Source of the DNA: Gammaproteobacteria bacterium
GTDB lineage: Bacteria > Pseudomonadota > Gammaproteobacteria > UBA4575
NCBI GenBank assembly: GCA_965221955.1
Contig: CBDCTA010000029.1
Span: 352,001-416,000, forward strand
DNA: 64,000 nucleotides
Direction of reading: 5' to 3'
Shown here piece by piece: positions 42,306-54,349 of this stretch (the stretch's first letter is position 1; each line of letters opens with the position of its first letter). The position numbers and the translations under genes are program-made. The notes under the pieces were generated by a model. It was not told where the DNA came from. It was given only the letters and a program-made list of their open reading frames with translations, and did no database searches.

Positions 42306-43241
42306 ATGAATGATGCTTCATATACGCATCAACCAGTATTGCTGAAAGAAGCCATAGAAGCTTTGAATATTGAACCAAATGGCAAATACATAGATTGCAC
42401 ATTTGGTCGTGGAGGGCATAGCCAGGGAATATTAAATTGTTTGAGTGTGCAAGGAAGGTTGCTTGCGCTTGATCAAGACTTACAGGCAATTGAATACGGT
42501 AAAAAAAAATTTAGTGACGATTCGAGAATTGTTTTAGTACAAACAAATTTCTCGCTGATATCACAAATAGCTAAGCAAAATGGTTTTGATAGGAATGTGC
42601 AAGGCATTTTGTTTGATTTAGGGGTGTCGTCACCACAGTTAGATAACGCAGAGAGAGGGTTTAGTTTTATGCACGATGGGCCGCTTGATATGCGCATGAA
42701 CCCTACTGAAGGGCTAAGTGCTGCCGAATGGTTGCAAGATGTAAACGCTGTTGAGCTTGCACGAGTGCTGAAAGAATATGGGCAAGAACGCTTTAGTAAA
42801 AAAATTGCCAATGCTGTAGTTCAGCAACGAGAAGAGATACCTATTAAATCAACTCAGCAGTTAGCAGATCTTGTGTCTAAAGTAATCGGTAAGTCGCGTG
42901 AACAAAAGCATCCTGCAACACGCACATTTCAGGCCATTCGTATTTATATCAATAAGGAGCTTGAGTCACTTGCAGAAGCTTTAGAAGATTGTCTTAATTT
43001 ATTGGCAAATTCTGGGAGGCTGTTGGTCATCACATTTCATTCTCTTGAAGACCAAATCGTTAAAAACTTGTTACATAAAAATAGTCACTCTAATTTGCCA
43101 CGCAAATTGCCTGTGATGGATGAGCAAAGGTCGAAACTTAATCGAGTGTGCAAAGCAATTAAGCCTTCTGAAGATGAAATTGAAAAAAACCCAAGAGCAA
43201 GAAGTGCAAAGTTACATGTGCTGGAGTGGGTGAAGTGCTAG
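42306..43241 (+). CDS. rsmH: 16S rRNA C1402 N4-methyltransferase
   Basis: DCTFGRGGHS, DLGVSSPQ, FHSLED, NPRARSA. Confidence 0.98.
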   Translation: MNDASYTHQPVLLKEAIEALNIEPNGKYIDCTFGRGGHSQGILNCLSVQGRLLALDQDLQAIEYGKKKFSDDSRIVLVQTNFSLISQIAKQNGFDRNVQGILFDLGVSSPQLDNAERGFSFMHDGPLDMRMNPTEGLSAAEWLQDVNAVELARVLKEYGQERFSKKIANAVVQQREEIPIKSTQQLADLVSKVIGKSREQKHPATRTFQAIRIYINKELESLAEALEDCLNLLANSGRLLVITFHSLEDQIVKNLLHKNSHSNLPRKLPVMDEQRSKLNRVCKAIKPSEDEIEKNPRARSAKLHVLEWVKC

Positions 43242-43507
43242 GTCGAGTATTGATAGTGCTGGTGCTATTTGTCGCTAATGTAGCCACTGGAGTTGGCATC
43301 GTGTACTCGAAACACTCAATGCGCAAATCGTTCATAGAATTACAAAGTATGCAGAATAATTTTGACGAGCTACAAATTGAATGGGGTCGTTTTCAGTTAG
43401 AGCAAAGTGCCTGGGCTACGCACGGCAGAGTTGAAAAAATTGCCCGTGAAAAACTTAATATGGATTTAGTGCATACCGAAAGCCTAGTCTTTCTGAAGAG
43501 TGATTAA
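43226..43507 (+). CDS. ftsL: Cell division protein FtsL
   Basis: TM helix plus EWGRFQLEQSAW...RVEKIA; synteny; start uncertain. Confidence 0.9.
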   Translation: MGEVLGRVLIVLVLFVANVATGVGIVYSKHSMRKSFIELQSMQNNFDELQIEWGRFQLEQSAWATHGRVEKIAREKLNMDLVHTESLVFLKSD

Positions 43508-43514
43508 TTAAATC

Positions 43515-45233
43515 ATGAAGAAAAGTCCAACTTATCCTGCACGTCGAGCATTTTTGTTAGCTTTGTTTGTAATCGGCCTTAGTGGTTTGTTTGCAAGATC
43601 AGTTTATTTGCAATTATTTGAGAATGAGTTTTTAGAGGAGGAAGGTAAGGCGCGCCATCTGCGAGTAGTCGAAATTCCTGCCCACCGTGGCATGATTTTG
43701 GATCGAAATGGGGAGCTACTCGCGGTGAGCACGCCTATCCACTCTGTTTGGGCAAATCCACTTGAAGCATTGCAAAGTCATAAAGCGATTCGCAATGTTG
43801 CGCTCGTTTTAGATATGAATGCAAATCGCTTGATTAAAAAATTACAAAGTAAAAAAAATCGTCAATTTTTTTATGTGAAGCGACATATCGATCCACAACA
43901 AGCGGAAAAATTAAGGCAATTAAATAGTAAAGGCATTCACCTTCAGCGCGAGTATCGTCGTTATTACCCTACTGCTGAAGTTAGTTCTCATGTATTAGGC
44001 TTTACCGATATCGATGACAAAGGTTTGGAAGGAATAGAGCTTGCGTACGAGCAATGGTTGCGTGGTGAGCCAGGTGCGAAAAAAGTAATTAAGGATTCCT
44101 ATAATCGTATTGTCGAAGATGTTGAGGCAATGAAGATTCCTGAGCCAGGCAAAGACATCGTTCTTAGTATTGATAGAAGAATTCAATATCTTGCGTATCG
44201 AGAATTAAAAGCACAACTCTCCAAGCATCGCGCTAAGGCTGCTTCAGCTGTTTTGCTCGATGCAAAAACAGGTGAAGTGTTGGCGATGGCAAATACTCCA
44301 TCCTTTAATCCAAATAACCGCACAGGCTACAGTCGAGGAACCTATCGGAATCGTGCGGTAACGGATGTATATGAACCTGGCTCTACGATAAAACCGTTTA
44401 CGATTGCTTCAGCTTTGGAGTCACAACGTTATTCGCAAAACACAATTATCGATACTGCTCCAGGAAAATATCAGATTGGAGAATTTACTATTCGTGACCA
44501 CAAAAATTATGGCGCGCTTACGGTCAGTGAAATTATTCTCAAATCCAGCAATGTGGGGGCTACAAAAATTGCTCAGACCATCCCTGCGCAAGAGTTGTGG
44601 TCTACGTTTAGCTCAATAGGAATAGGTCATTCAACTGAATCAGGTTTTCCTGGTGAAGTTGCAGGTCATTTAAAAAGTTTTCATGATTGGCATCAGGTGG
44701 AACATGCCACCATGTCTTATGGTTATGGTATGTCTATGACAAGCTTGCAGCTTGCGCGGGCTTATACGGTTTTGGCATCAGGCGGCAAGCTATTGCCTAT
44801 TTCGATGCTACGAAAGTCAGATGAAGAAGTGGCTAAGTTAGACGAAATTCCAGCCATTTTTTCGCCACAAACAGTTGATAAAGTTGTCACCATGTTAATT
44901 GCTGCAGTTTCTAAAGAAGGTACAGGATCACGTGCTGTCATTCCTGGCTACAGTGTGGCAGGTAAGACGGGCACAGTACATAAATCTTCAAAAGGTGGTT
45001 ATGAAGAGGATAAATACATTTCTGTGTTTGCGGGAATGGCACCTGCGAGCGATCCGAACTTAGTATTAATCGTGATGGTGAATCAACCCAATAGCGGAGC
45101 ATATTTTGGTGGTGAAGTCGCGGCACCAATATTTTCAAAAATTATGGGTGGGGCTTTGCGTATCCTCAATATTTCGCCAGACAAAGTGCCTCTGCAGGCG
45201 AATGCCGAGCCTTCTTCTGATTATGCGGGTTAG
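43515..45233 (+). CDS. ftsI: Peptidoglycan transpeptidase FtsI (PBP3)
   Basis: RGMILDRNG, STIK, SSN, KTG. Confidence 0.97.
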   Translation: MKKSPTYPARRAFLLALFVIGLSGLFARSVYLQLFENEFLEEEGKARHLRVVEIPAHRGMILDRNGELLAVSTPIHSVWANPLEALQSHKAIRNVALVLDMNANRLIKKLQSKKNRQFFYVKRHIDPQQAEKLRQLNSKGIHLQREYRRYYPTAEVSSHVLGFTDIDDKGLEGIELAYEQWLRGEPGAKKVIKDSYNRIVEDVEAMKIPEPGKDIVLSIDRRIQYLAYRELKAQLSKHRAKAASAVLLDAKTGEVLAMANTPSFNPNNRTGYSRGTYRNRAVTDVYEPGSTIKPFTIASALESQRYSQNTIIDTAPGKYQIGEFTIRDHKNYGALTVSEIILKSSNVGATKIAQTIPAQELWSTFSSIGIGHSTESGFPGEVAGHLKSFHDWHQVEHATMSYGYGMSMTSLQLARAYTVLASGGKLLPISMLRKSDEEVAKLDEIPAIFSPQTVDKVVTMLIAAVSKEGTGSRAVIPGYSVAGKTGTVHKSSKGGYEEDKYISVFAGMAPASDPNLVLIVMVNQPNSGAYFGGEVAAPIFSKIMGGALRILNISPDKVPLQANAEPSSDYAG

Positions 45234-45236
45234 TTT

Positions 45237-46721
45237 ATGCAAACAACTAACTGGTCTTTGGATGAACTGCTGAAGGGTTGGACGACCTTGCAAGAAAATT
45301 ATTCAGCAATTTCTATTAACGGTTTGAGTATAGATAGCCGCTTTGCATCTGTGGGTGATTTATTTTTTGCTTTGCGAGGTTTGCAACAACATGGTCTGCA
45401 ATATAGTCAGCAAGCGGTAGATAACGGTGTGGCTGCAATTGCTTGGGAATCCTCTGATGAAATTACTCCACAAGACCTTCCAACCTCTGTGCCATGTGTC
45501 GAAATTCCCAACTTACAACGTAAGTTAGGTTTAATTAGCCAGCGTTTTTACCACAATGTTTCTGCCCGCATGCATGTTATTGGCGTTACTGGAACAGATG
45601 GTAAAACTTCAGTGAGTCAATTTATTGCACAAGCGTTACAAAGCTTAAAACTTTCTTGTGGTGTGATTGGTACATTGGGTTATGGGATTTATCCAAACTT
45701 TTCGAACGCAAGTCATACTACGCCTGATGCAGTGCGAACACATGAGTTGTTGAATGACTTCTATATTGATGATGTAACCAATGCTGTCATTGAAGCATCA
45801 TCTCATGGTTTAGTTCAAGGAAGGCTGAATGGCATACAGTTTAACACTGCAGTGTTCACAAATTTAGGTCGTGATCATATGGATTACCATGATTCTATTG
45901 AAGACTACGGCAATGCAAAACGTCTGTTATTTCAAAGTGAAAATTTACAAAACGCTGTCATCAATATCGATGATGAGTTTGGACTTCAATTGGCTAATGA
46001 GTTTTCAGATCAACTTAAGGTAATTACCTATTCCATCCAAGAAGATTCTGTTCAATCAAATTCATATATTAAAGCTACCAATTTTGAATTTGATTCAGGT
46101 GCAACTCATTTTGAAATTCATTCCAGTTGGGGTAATGCTAACGTTACTACAAATTTAGTTGGAAAATTTAATGTTAGTAATCTATTAGCAGTTTTAGGTA
46201 GTTTGTTAGCGCATGATGTGGTTTTTGATGAAGCCGTGTGTGCAATTGAATCTGTGCAAACTGTGCCAGGCAGAATGGAATTTATTGCAAATAGCCCTGC
46301 TGTAGTGATTGATTATGCGCACACGCCACAAGCGCTTACTAACGTATTAAAAGTGCTGCGTGAGAATTGTATGGGGGAGCTCTGGTGCGTGTTTGGATGT
46401 GGCGGTGATCGTGACCAAGGCAAGCGAAAATTGATGGCCGAAGCCGTTGAGCAATATGCTGATATTGCGGTATTAACCGATGATAATCCGCGTTTTGAAG
46501 ACCCTGAAGCAATCACTAATGAAGTGTCTTCAGGTTTTTCTTCTTCCTATTCATATTCTCTAATTCATGATCGTCGTGAAGCGATCCACCATGCAATTCA
46601 TAATGCCAAGCAAGACGATATTGTTCTTATTGCAGGTAAAGGCCATGAAGCGGTTCAGCTTATACAAGGGAAGCAATTGCCATTTGATGATAAAAAAATT
46701 GCAAATGAGGTACTGCAATAA
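45237..46721 (+). CDS. murE: UDP-MurNAc-tripeptide synthetase (meso-DAP)
   Basis: GTDGKT, DYAHTP, GCGGDRD, DNPR, AGKGHE. Confidence 0.97.
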   Translation: MQTTNWSLDELLKGWTTLQENYSAISINGLSIDSRFASVGDLFFALRGLQQHGLQYSQQAVDNGVAAIAWESSDEITPQDLPTSVPCVEIPNLQRKLGLISQRFYHNVSARMHVIGVTGTDGKTSVSQFIAQALQSLKLSCGVIGTLGYGIYPNFSNASHTTPDAVRTHELLNDFYIDDVTNAVIEASSHGLVQGRLNGIQFNTAVFTNLGRDHMDYHDSIEDYGNAKRLLFQSENLQNAVINIDDEFGLQLANEFSDQLKVITYSIQEDSVQSNSYIKATNFEFDSGATHFEIHSSWGNANVTTNLVGKFNVSNLLAVLGSLLAHDVVFDEAVCAIESVQTVPGRMEFIANSPAVVIDYAHTPQALTNVLKVLRENCMGELWCVFGCGGDRDQGKRKLMAEAVEQYADIAVLTDDNPRFEDPEAITNEVSSGFSSSYSYSLIHDRREAIHHAIHNAKQDDIVLIAGKGHEAVQLIQGKQLPFDDKKIANEVLQ

Positions 46722-46726
46722 CAACG

Positions 46727-48130
46727 ATGAAATTATCGTTAGCAGAAATTGCGACTATCACTAACGGTCAAATCGTAGGTGAGGATGTGCAAGTGGAGGG
46801 ATTGTCTACGGATACGCGGAGCATGATTCCAGGAGCATTATTTGTTGCATTGGTGGGAGATTCATTTGATCCGCATGCGTTGATTGAAGACGGTAAAGCT
46901 GAAACCGCGGCAGCAGTGCTAGTGCAGCGTGAAGTTAGCACAACGATCCCTCAAGTAATTGTGGAGGACACTTATCAAGCTTTGCAAGACATCGCTGTAG
47001 CATGGCGCAAGCGTTTTAGCTTACCTGTTGTTGGTGTGACGGGTTCAAATGGAAAAACTTCAGTTAAAGAACTTATTAAGGAAATTTTATCTACCCAAGG
47101 AAAGGTGTTGGCAACAGTAGGTAACCTAAATAACCACATTGGAGTACCACTTACTTTATGTGGCTTAAATGAACAGCATCAATTTGCTGTGATTGAGATG
47201 GGTGCTAACCATGCAGGTGAAATTGCAAGCTTAGCCAAGCTCGCGTTACCAAATATTGGCGTCATTACCAATATTGGTCCTGCACATTTGGAGGGATTTG
47301 GCTCAATTGAAGGCGTTGCGCGTGCTAAAGCAGAACTTTATGCGAATTTAAATCCAAATGGTGTGGCAGTGGTGAATGCGGATGATGCATTTCGAGATTC
47401 TTGGGCGAATGAGATCGGCGATCGTATGCAAATCAGTTTTGGGGTTGAAAACCAGGCTGATGTAAGTGGGAAGGCGATTGCTGATGATTTAATTGAAATT
47501 TCTACACCGATGGGTGAGATCCGTGTTCAGCCACAGGTGTTAGGCATGCACGCTTTATTAAACATATTGGCAGCGACTGCGGTCGGGTTGGCAATAGGTA
47601 TTGATTTAGAAGATATCAAAACAGGTATTGAAAATACTCAAGCGGTTAAGGGTCGTCTCATGAGTGTTAATGGATTAGCTGGTTCTTGCATTTTAGACGA
47701 TACCTATAATGCTAATCCTGCTTCTTTGGCTGCTGCACTTGATGTGCAAGCAAAAAAATCGGGTGAACATTGGCTGGTGTTGGGAGATATGGGGGAGCTG
47801 GGTGATGAAAGTGAATTTATGCATCAAAAGGCGGGGGAGATCGCGAAGCAATTTGGTGTTACGCGTTTATTTGCTTGTGGAGAGCTGACTAAACATAGTG
47901 TTAAAGCATTTGGTAGTGGAGCAAAACATTATTCTAGTCATGCAGAAATTACTATCGCACTGCAAGATGAGTTAAGCAAAGATATCTGTGTACTGGTAAA
48001 GGGTTCGCGTGCCATGCAACTCGAAAAAATTGTAGCGGATATTAAAAGTAATAAAGCGTCTGGCAATAGCAAACTAAATGGTAAAACTAACGGCCATGGC
48101 GGTATGGAGCATAAAGAAAATGCTGCTTAG
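46727..48130 (+). CDS. murF: UDP-MurNAc-pentapeptide synthetase
   Basis: GSNGKT, NNHIGVP, EMGANH, DTYNANP, GDMGELG, KGSR. Confidence 0.97.
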   Translation: MKLSLAEIATITNGQIVGEDVQVEGLSTDTRSMIPGALFVALVGDSFDPHALIEDGKAETAAAVLVQREVSTTIPQVIVEDTYQALQDIAVAWRKRFSLPVVGVTGSNGKTSVKELIKEILSTQGKVLATVGNLNNHIGVPLTLCGLNEQHQFAVIEMGANHAGEIASLAKLALPNIGVITNIGPAHLEGFGSIEGVARAKAELYANLNPNGVAVVNADDAFRDSWANEIGDRMQISFGVENQADVSGKAIADDLIEISTPMGEIRVQPQVLGMHALLNILAATAVGLAIGIDLEDIKTGIENTQAVKGRLMSVNGLAGSCILDDTYNANPASLAAALDVQAKKSGEHWLVLGDMGELGDESEFMHQKAGEIAKQFGVTRLFACGELTKHSVKAFGSGAKHYSSHAEITIALQDELSKDICVLVKGSRAMQLEKIVADIKSNKASGNSKLNGKTNGHGGMEHKENAA

Positions 48131-49202
48131 CCTATTTGAATATTTAGAGCAATTTCATTCTGGTTTTAATGTATTCCAGTATCTAACTTTGCGCGCTATT
48201 TTGGGTGTATTAACTGCACTCACTATTTGTTTTATTACAGGGCCAATCATGATTCGCAAGTTAACTACCTACAGTGTGAATCAAAACGTTAGAGACGATG
48301 GTCCGCAAACCCATCTTGCTAAAGCAGGTACACCAACTATGGGTGGTGCCTTTCTTTTAGTTTCTATTTTGGTCAGTGCACTGTTATGGAGTGATTTGTC
48401 TAATCGTTATGTTTGGTTTGTCATTCTTACTACTTTTTTATTTGGTTTGGTGGGCGCTGTAGACGATATTAAAAAATTACTTAGCCGATCAAGTAAAGGG
48501 CTTACAGCCAAAAGTAAATATTTTTGGCAATCCGTGATCGGTTTAAGTGCTGCTTTGTTGATATTTAATTTTGCTACATTGGTAGAAGAAACTAGTTTGT
48601 ATGTACCGTTTTTTAAAAATGTGATTGTTCCGTTAGGAATTTGGTTCATACCATTAACTTACTTTGTAATCGTTGGTTCAAGTAACGCAGTTAACTTTAC
48701 TGACGGCTTAGATGGTTTAGCGATTATGCCGGTTGTGATGGTCACGGGTGCTTTAGGTGTATTTGCTTATTTAAGTGGGAATATCAATTTTGCGAATTAT
48801 CTTGCTATTCAACATTTGCCTTTGAGTGGTGAGTTAGTTGTGTTTTGTGGGGCAGTAGTGGGTGCTGGTTTAGGTTTTCTTTGGTTTAACGCTTACCCTG
48901 CACAAGTTTTTATGGGTGACGTAGGGGCGCTGGCATTAGGTGCTGCAGTAGGTGTGTTAGCCGTATTAGTCAGACAAGAAATTGTTCTAGTGATTATGGG
49001 AGGTGTTTTTGTATTAGAGACCGTGTCAGTCATTATGCAAGTGGTTTCATTTCGGCTGACAGGTAAACGAATATTTCAAATGGCGCCATTGCATCATCAT
49101 TTTGAATTGAAAGGTTGGCCTGAGCCACGAGTGATTGTGCGTTTTTGGATTATTACTGTGATTTTAGTGCTAATCGGTTTAGCTACTTTAAAACTACGAT
49201 AG
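48120..49202 (+). CDS. mraY: Phospho-MurNAc-pentapeptide transferase
   Basis: [29 protein letters not shown]; start moved to ATG 48120. Confidence 0.97.
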   Translation: MLLSLFEYLEQFHSGFNVFQYLTLRAILGVLTALTICFITGPIMIRKLTTYSVNQNVRDDGPQTHLAKAGTPTMGGAFLLVSILVSALLWSDLSNRYVWFVILTTFLFGLVGAVDDIKKLLSRSSKGLTAKSKYFWQSVIGLSAALLIFNFATLVEETSLYVPFFKNVIVPLGIWFIPLTYFVIVGSSNAVNFTDGLDGLAIMPVVMVTGALGVFAYLSGNINFANYLAIQHLPLSGELVVFCGAVVGAGLGFLWFNAYPAQVFMGDVGALALGAAVGVLAVLVRQEIVLVIMGGVFVLETVSVIMQVVSFRLTGKRIFQMAPLHHHFELKGWPEPRVIVRFWIITVILVLIGLATLKLR

Positions 49203-49219
49203 CAAATAGATTATTAGGA

Positions 49220-50585
49220 ATGGGTTTAGCGTTGAAAAAGGAATCGGTCGGACAACAAACTGTTGTGATTGGTCTTGGAGATACAGGAATGTCTGTTGCG
49301 CAACACTTAAGTAAGCAAGGTATTGATTTTAAAATGTTGGATACACGGTTAAATCCACCACAACTTCGCAGCATTCAAACAAACCTATCCAGATATTGAA
49401 GTTCAGTTGGGTGAAATTTCTACAGAAAAATTTGAAGGTGCGCAGCAAATTATTGTAAGTCCTGGTGTAGACACCAATCTAAGAGTAATTCGCCAGGTTG
49501 TTGAGGATAATCAATGCGAATGTATTGGAGATATTGAATTGTTTGCCCGCAGTGTTACTAAACCAGTTGTGGCCATCACAGGGTCAAACGGTAAGAGCAC
49601 TGTAACCAGTTTGTTAGCAGAGATGGCAAGCATGGCAGGTATTAAAGCTTATGCAGGTGGTAACTTGGCGCCTCCCGCGCTGAGTTTGTTAGACCACCAT
49701 GATGCAGAATTGTATGTTTTGGAATTATCAAGCTTTCAACTTGAGTCAACTCAATCATTACAGCCGCAAGTCAGTGTTGTTTTGAATGTTTCTGCAGATC
49801 ACTTGGATAGGCATGGTGATGTCGAAAACTATGCGCAGATTAAAGCGCGTATTTATTCAAATGCAAAAGTAAGTGTAATTAATCGTGATGATTATTATGT
49901 AGCCAATATGCAAACCTTTGGAAAGGTGATCTCGTTCGGTTTGGACCAGCCTGAGAATAATCATTTTGGCATTTTAAATGAAAATGGTGATTCCCATTTA
50001 GCATTTGGCGGAGAACGCTTAATTCCTGTACGTGAACTTGCGTTGCAAGGTGAAGCAGGCATATTAAATTCACTTGCGGCGTTAGCCATTGGGCATGCCT
50101 TAGAATTGCCCATGCTGGAAATGCTTAAGGTTTTGAAGAGTTTTAAAGGTTTGCCGCATCGCTTAGCTTTGGTTGCGGAGTCAGAGGGAGTGTCGTGGTA
50201 CAACGATTCGAAGGGAACGAACATTGGAGCTACTGTAAGTTCATTGCGTAGTTTAGAAGACAACATCATTTTAATTGCAGGTGGAGTATTTAAAGGTGGT
50301 GATCTTAAATCGTTCAATCAAGCAGTAAGCAAGCATGCTAAGCATGTGATCTTGCTTGGTCAAGATGCTGCTTTACTACAACAATCCTTGGAACAATCTC
50401 TAGAGCATTCCATTGCAATAGATTGTGCAAGCTCTATGCAGCATGCAGTTGAGATTGCAAATCAAAAAGCAAAATCTGGAGACAAAGTTCTGTTGTCACC
50501 TGCATGTGCAAGTTTTGATATGTATGCAAATTATATCGAACGTGGCAAAGATTTTGAAAAATGTGTGAAAGGAGTTTTGGCATGA
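49220..50585 (+). CDS. murD: UDP-MurNAc-L-Ala:D-Glu ligase, one frameshift near 49364-49367
   Basis: GLGDTG N-terminus in one frame; SPG, GSNGKS, NDSKGTN, SPACASFD in the next; removing one base joins them. Confidence 0.93.
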
Positions 50586-51751
50586 ATATGACAAAACAAG
50601 CAGCACGCAAAAAGTCTACTAGTGTGGGAATCGAGCTAGCAAAATATTGTGATCCGAATTTAATGTTTGCGGTCATTATGCTGCTCGGTATAGGTCTTGT
50701 AATGGTAGCCTCATCCTCAATCGAAATAGCGGATCGTGCTACCGGTGACCCGCTATATTATTTCAAGCGTCAATTTGTTTTTGCAGTGATGGGAATATCT
50801 GCCGGGTATGTGCTAACAAAAATTCGTTTAGCACACTGGGAAAGTTCCGGCATGGCCATTTTATTTTTTATGGTGTTGTTGTTGTTGTTGGTGCTCATCC
50901 CAGGCTTGGGCAGAACAGTGAATGGCAGTACTCGCTGGTTAGCGATTGGACCATTTGGGCTACAAGTATCAGAAGTTGTAAAACTATTATTGATTATTTA
51001 TCTCGCAGGTTATGTAGTACGGCAAGGTAAACAGATTCGCGAATCTTTCATTGGCTTTATCAAACCTATGATGGTGTTAGTTGTGTTGTTTACGCTTTTG
51101 TTATTAGAGCCTGACTTTGGTGCAGCAATGGTTCTGCTGATTACTGCTTTAGGAATGCTTTATCTTGCGGGTGTGAAATTTTGGAAGTTTGGGTTGTTGT
51201 TAATGGCTTCTGCAATCTCTATGGGCTTCGTTGCAATTTCTTCTCCTTATCGAGTAGAACGATTTACCGCATTTTTGAATCCTTGGTCAGATCCATTTGG
51301 TTCGGGGTTTCAGTTAACGCAGTCGTTAATTGCAATTGGTAGTGGTGCGTGGTCAGGATTGGGACTGGGTGCGAGTGTGCAGAAACTATTTTATTTGCCT
51401 GAGGCGCATACTGATTTCGTGTTTGCTGTGATTGCAGAGGAATTAGGTTTATTGGGTGCGACATTTGTAATCGCGTTATTTATTCTTTTAATTTATCGAT
51501 GTTTTGCAATTGGCAAAATGGTTGAAAAGCGCGGCATGAAATTTGGTGCGCAAATTGCGTATGGCATCGGTATTTGGTTGGGTTTGCAAGCATTTATTAA
51601 CATTGGTGTGAATACCGGGGTGCTGCCTACTAAAGGACTTACATTGCCTTTTATAAGTGCGGGGGGTAGTAGCTTATTAGTAGTGTGTATGGCAATTGGC
51701 CTCATCACCCGTGTGTATGTGGAGGGCTACACAAAATCATCACATCGATGA
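50582..51751 (+). CDS. ftsW: SEDS peptidoglycan polymerase FtsW
   Basis: NGSTRW, EPDFG, LPEAHTDF, LPTKGLTLP; ATGA overlap with murD. Confidence 0.96.
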   Translation: MNMTKQAARKKSTSVGIELAKYCDPNLMFAVIMLLGIGLVMVASSSIEIADRATGDPLYYFKRQFVFAVMGISAGYVLTKIRLAHWESSGMAILFFMVLLLLLVLIPGLGRTVNGSTRWLAIGPFGLQVSEVVKLLLIIYLAGYVVRQGKQIRESFIGFIKPMMVLVVLFTLLLLEPDFGAAMVLLITALGMLYLAGVKFWKFGLLLMASAISMGFVAISSPYRVERFTAFLNPWSDPFGSGFQLTQSLIAIGSGAWSGLGLGASVQKLFYLPEAHTDFVFAVIAEELGLLGATFVIALFILLIYRCFAIGKMVEKRGMKFGAQIAYGIGIWLGLQAFINIGVNTGVLPTKGLTLPFISAGGSSLLVVCMAIGLITRVYVEGYTKSSHR

Positions 51752-51763
51752 TTTTATAACACG

Positions 51764-52889
51764 ATGAATAATTCACGTTCACCTGTAATGATTTTTGCTG
51801 GCGGTACTGGTGGTCATGTGTTTCCAGCTTTAGCTGTAGCAAAACAAATTGAACAGCAATCCGTTCCTATTGTATGGGTGGGAACCAAACGTGGTATTGA
51901 GTCGAAAGTAGTGCCCAATGCAGGTTATAAAATAGAGTGGATCTCGGTGAATGGCTTGCGTGGTAAAAATGTCGCGACCTACATTATGGCGCCATTTAAA
52001 TTAGTGTTAGCAAGTTTACAAGTAACGTGGTTGCTACTTAAGCATCGTCCTTGTGCGGTACTTGGTATGGGTGGTTTTGTAGCAGGTCCTGGGGGCTTAA
52101 TTGCTGCCTTATTACGTAAGCCACTTATCATTCATGAGCAAAATGCAATTGCAGGTTTAACGAATCGATTACTTGCGCCTTTTGCAAAACGAATCCTAAC
52201 CGGATTTCCAAGCACATTTGTGCGCAACAATGTTGAGGTGCTTAGGTAATCCAGTTAGAAGTGAAATTTCACAAATACAGCGGCAGCAAGACATTGCCGA
52301 TCCTGAACACCGCCCTTTGCGTGTGTTGATATTTGGTGGCAGTCTTAGGTGCACATGCATTAAATGAAACGGTGCCATCAGCTATCGCACAAGTTATGTC
52401 AGCATTTCCTGCTGAATTACATCCAGAGATTTGGCATCAAACTGGTGAAAATAAACATACAGTACACTTCAGCAACAGTATGCAGAACAGAATAAGGTTA
52501 ACCGCACGCGTCGATGCTTTTATAGATGATATGCAAGATGCCTATGCCTGGGCAGATTTAGTGATTTGCCGTGCTGGTGCGATAACAATTGCAGAATTAG
52601 TCCGTTGCAGGTGTAGGAGCAATATTTATTCCATACCCTTATGCAGTGGATAATCATCAAACTGCGAATGCTGCCGCATCTCGTTAATGCCGGAGCAGCC
52701 GTAATGATTGACTGAAAAGCAACTTAGCTGACCGTAGTACGTCTAGCTGAAGTAGTTACAAGGAATTACTAAACAATCGAAATAAGTTGAAAGCGTTTGC
52801 ACAAGCAGCCGCAAGTGCTTTTGCCAAACCTCAAGCAGCAAGTGATGTTGCAAGAGTTTGTGTTGCAGGCTTGCTATGGGCAAAGATGA
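51764..52889 (+). CDS. murG: Undecaprenyl-PP-MurNAc-pentapeptide GlcNAc transferase, several frameshifts after ~52240; 3' end approximate
   Basis: GGTGGH, HEQN, then GNPVR, GGSLG, CRAGA, DNHQTAN in shifting frames. Confidence 0.9.
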
Positions 52890-52923
52890 TGAAAATTTCG
52901 AATATGGTTAAAGATTTTTGAGT

Positions 52924-54347
52924 ATGACATTTAATATTGGTCATTTTGCAACACGAAGAATCAAGCAAGTGCACTTTGTTGGTATTGGCGGTTCAGGTAT
53001 GGGCGGTATTGCAGAAGTGATGGTAAATCTTGGTTACCAAGTTCACGGTTCTGACATACAGCAAAATGGTGATTACGAAAAAATTAGCTGGGTTAGGTGC
53101 GACGGTTTATCATTGAACATGCTGCAGAGTAATATTGAATGGTGCCGATGTGGTGGTGATGTCGAGTGCAGTGAAAAGATGATAATCCAGAGATTGTAGC
53201 GGCACGTGAACAACGTATTCCTATCGTGCCGCGTGCAGAAATGTTGGCCGAGTTAATGCGTTTTCGTTACGGGATTGCCATTGCAGGTACTCATGGTAAG
53301 ACTACGACAACAAGTCTAGTGGCTTCCATTCTGGCAACAGCGGGCATGGATCCAACGTTTATTGTTGGAGGGCGAGTCAATAGTTTTGCCAGTCATTCTA
53401 AATTAGGTGCTGGACAATATTTGGTTGCTGAAGCCGATGAAAGTGATGCATCGTTCTTACATTTGCAGCCGATTATGTCGGTTGTAACGAATATCGATTC
53501 GGATCATCTTTCTGCGTATGACGGTGACTTTAATAAATTACAAGATGCGTTTGTGGAATTCATTCATCACTTGCCATTTTATGGAATGACGGTGTTATGT
53601 ATTGAAGATGAAACTATTAAAGAATTATTGCCAAGAATTTCTCGACCTTATCTGACTTATGGTTTCAGTGAAGACGCTGATTATCAAATTAGCCAAATAG
53701 AAATGGAAGGCACAAAGACAAAGTTTAAACTCAAACGTCCTGGGAATAATTCATTCATTCAATTCAATTTAAATCTTCCTGGATTGCATAATGTACAAAA
53801 TGCGGTAGCGGCCACAATTGTTGCTATGCAGCTCGATGTAAAGGAAAAATATATTCAAGAGGCTTTAGAAAACTTTCAAGGTATTGCGAGAAGGTTTCAG
53901 ACTTACCCAGATATTTGTATCGATGGTAAAAATATTCAACTAGTTGATGATTATGGACACCACCCCACTGAATTAGCGGCAACTATTCAAGCCGCACGAG
54001 ATGCCTATCCAAAACAGCGCTTGGTGGTGTTGTTTCAACCTCATCGTTATTCGCGTACACGCGATTTATTTGATGATTTTGTGCGTGTATTGAATGAAAC
54101 CGATGCCTTAATGTTGTGTGAAGTCTACGCTGCGAATGAAGAACCTATTGTGGGTGCAGATAGTGCTGCATTGTGTCGAGCTTTACGCGCACGTGGCAAG
54201 TTAGACCCCATTTTGGTTAAAGATATGTCTGAAATCCAAGCCACGCTCGAACGAGTTATTCATGATAATGATGTGTTGTTAACTTTAGGAGCGGGAAGCG
54301 TGGGCAGTATTGCACCGGCTTTACAGGAATCATTTGCAATCAATTAA
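52924..54347 (+). CDS. murC: UDP-MurNAc:L-alanine ligase, about five frameshifts in 53065-53180
   Basis: [10 protein letters not shown] in the first frame; [33 protein letters not shown] downstream. Confidence 0.93.
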
Positions 54348-54349
54348 TC

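Noticed and set aside
51764-53225. murG/murC as true pseudogenes or programmed frameshifts
   Set aside because: Essential genes in an otherwise intact dcw cluster; indels are dense and locally clustered with no consistent slippery sites, which fits sequencing error better
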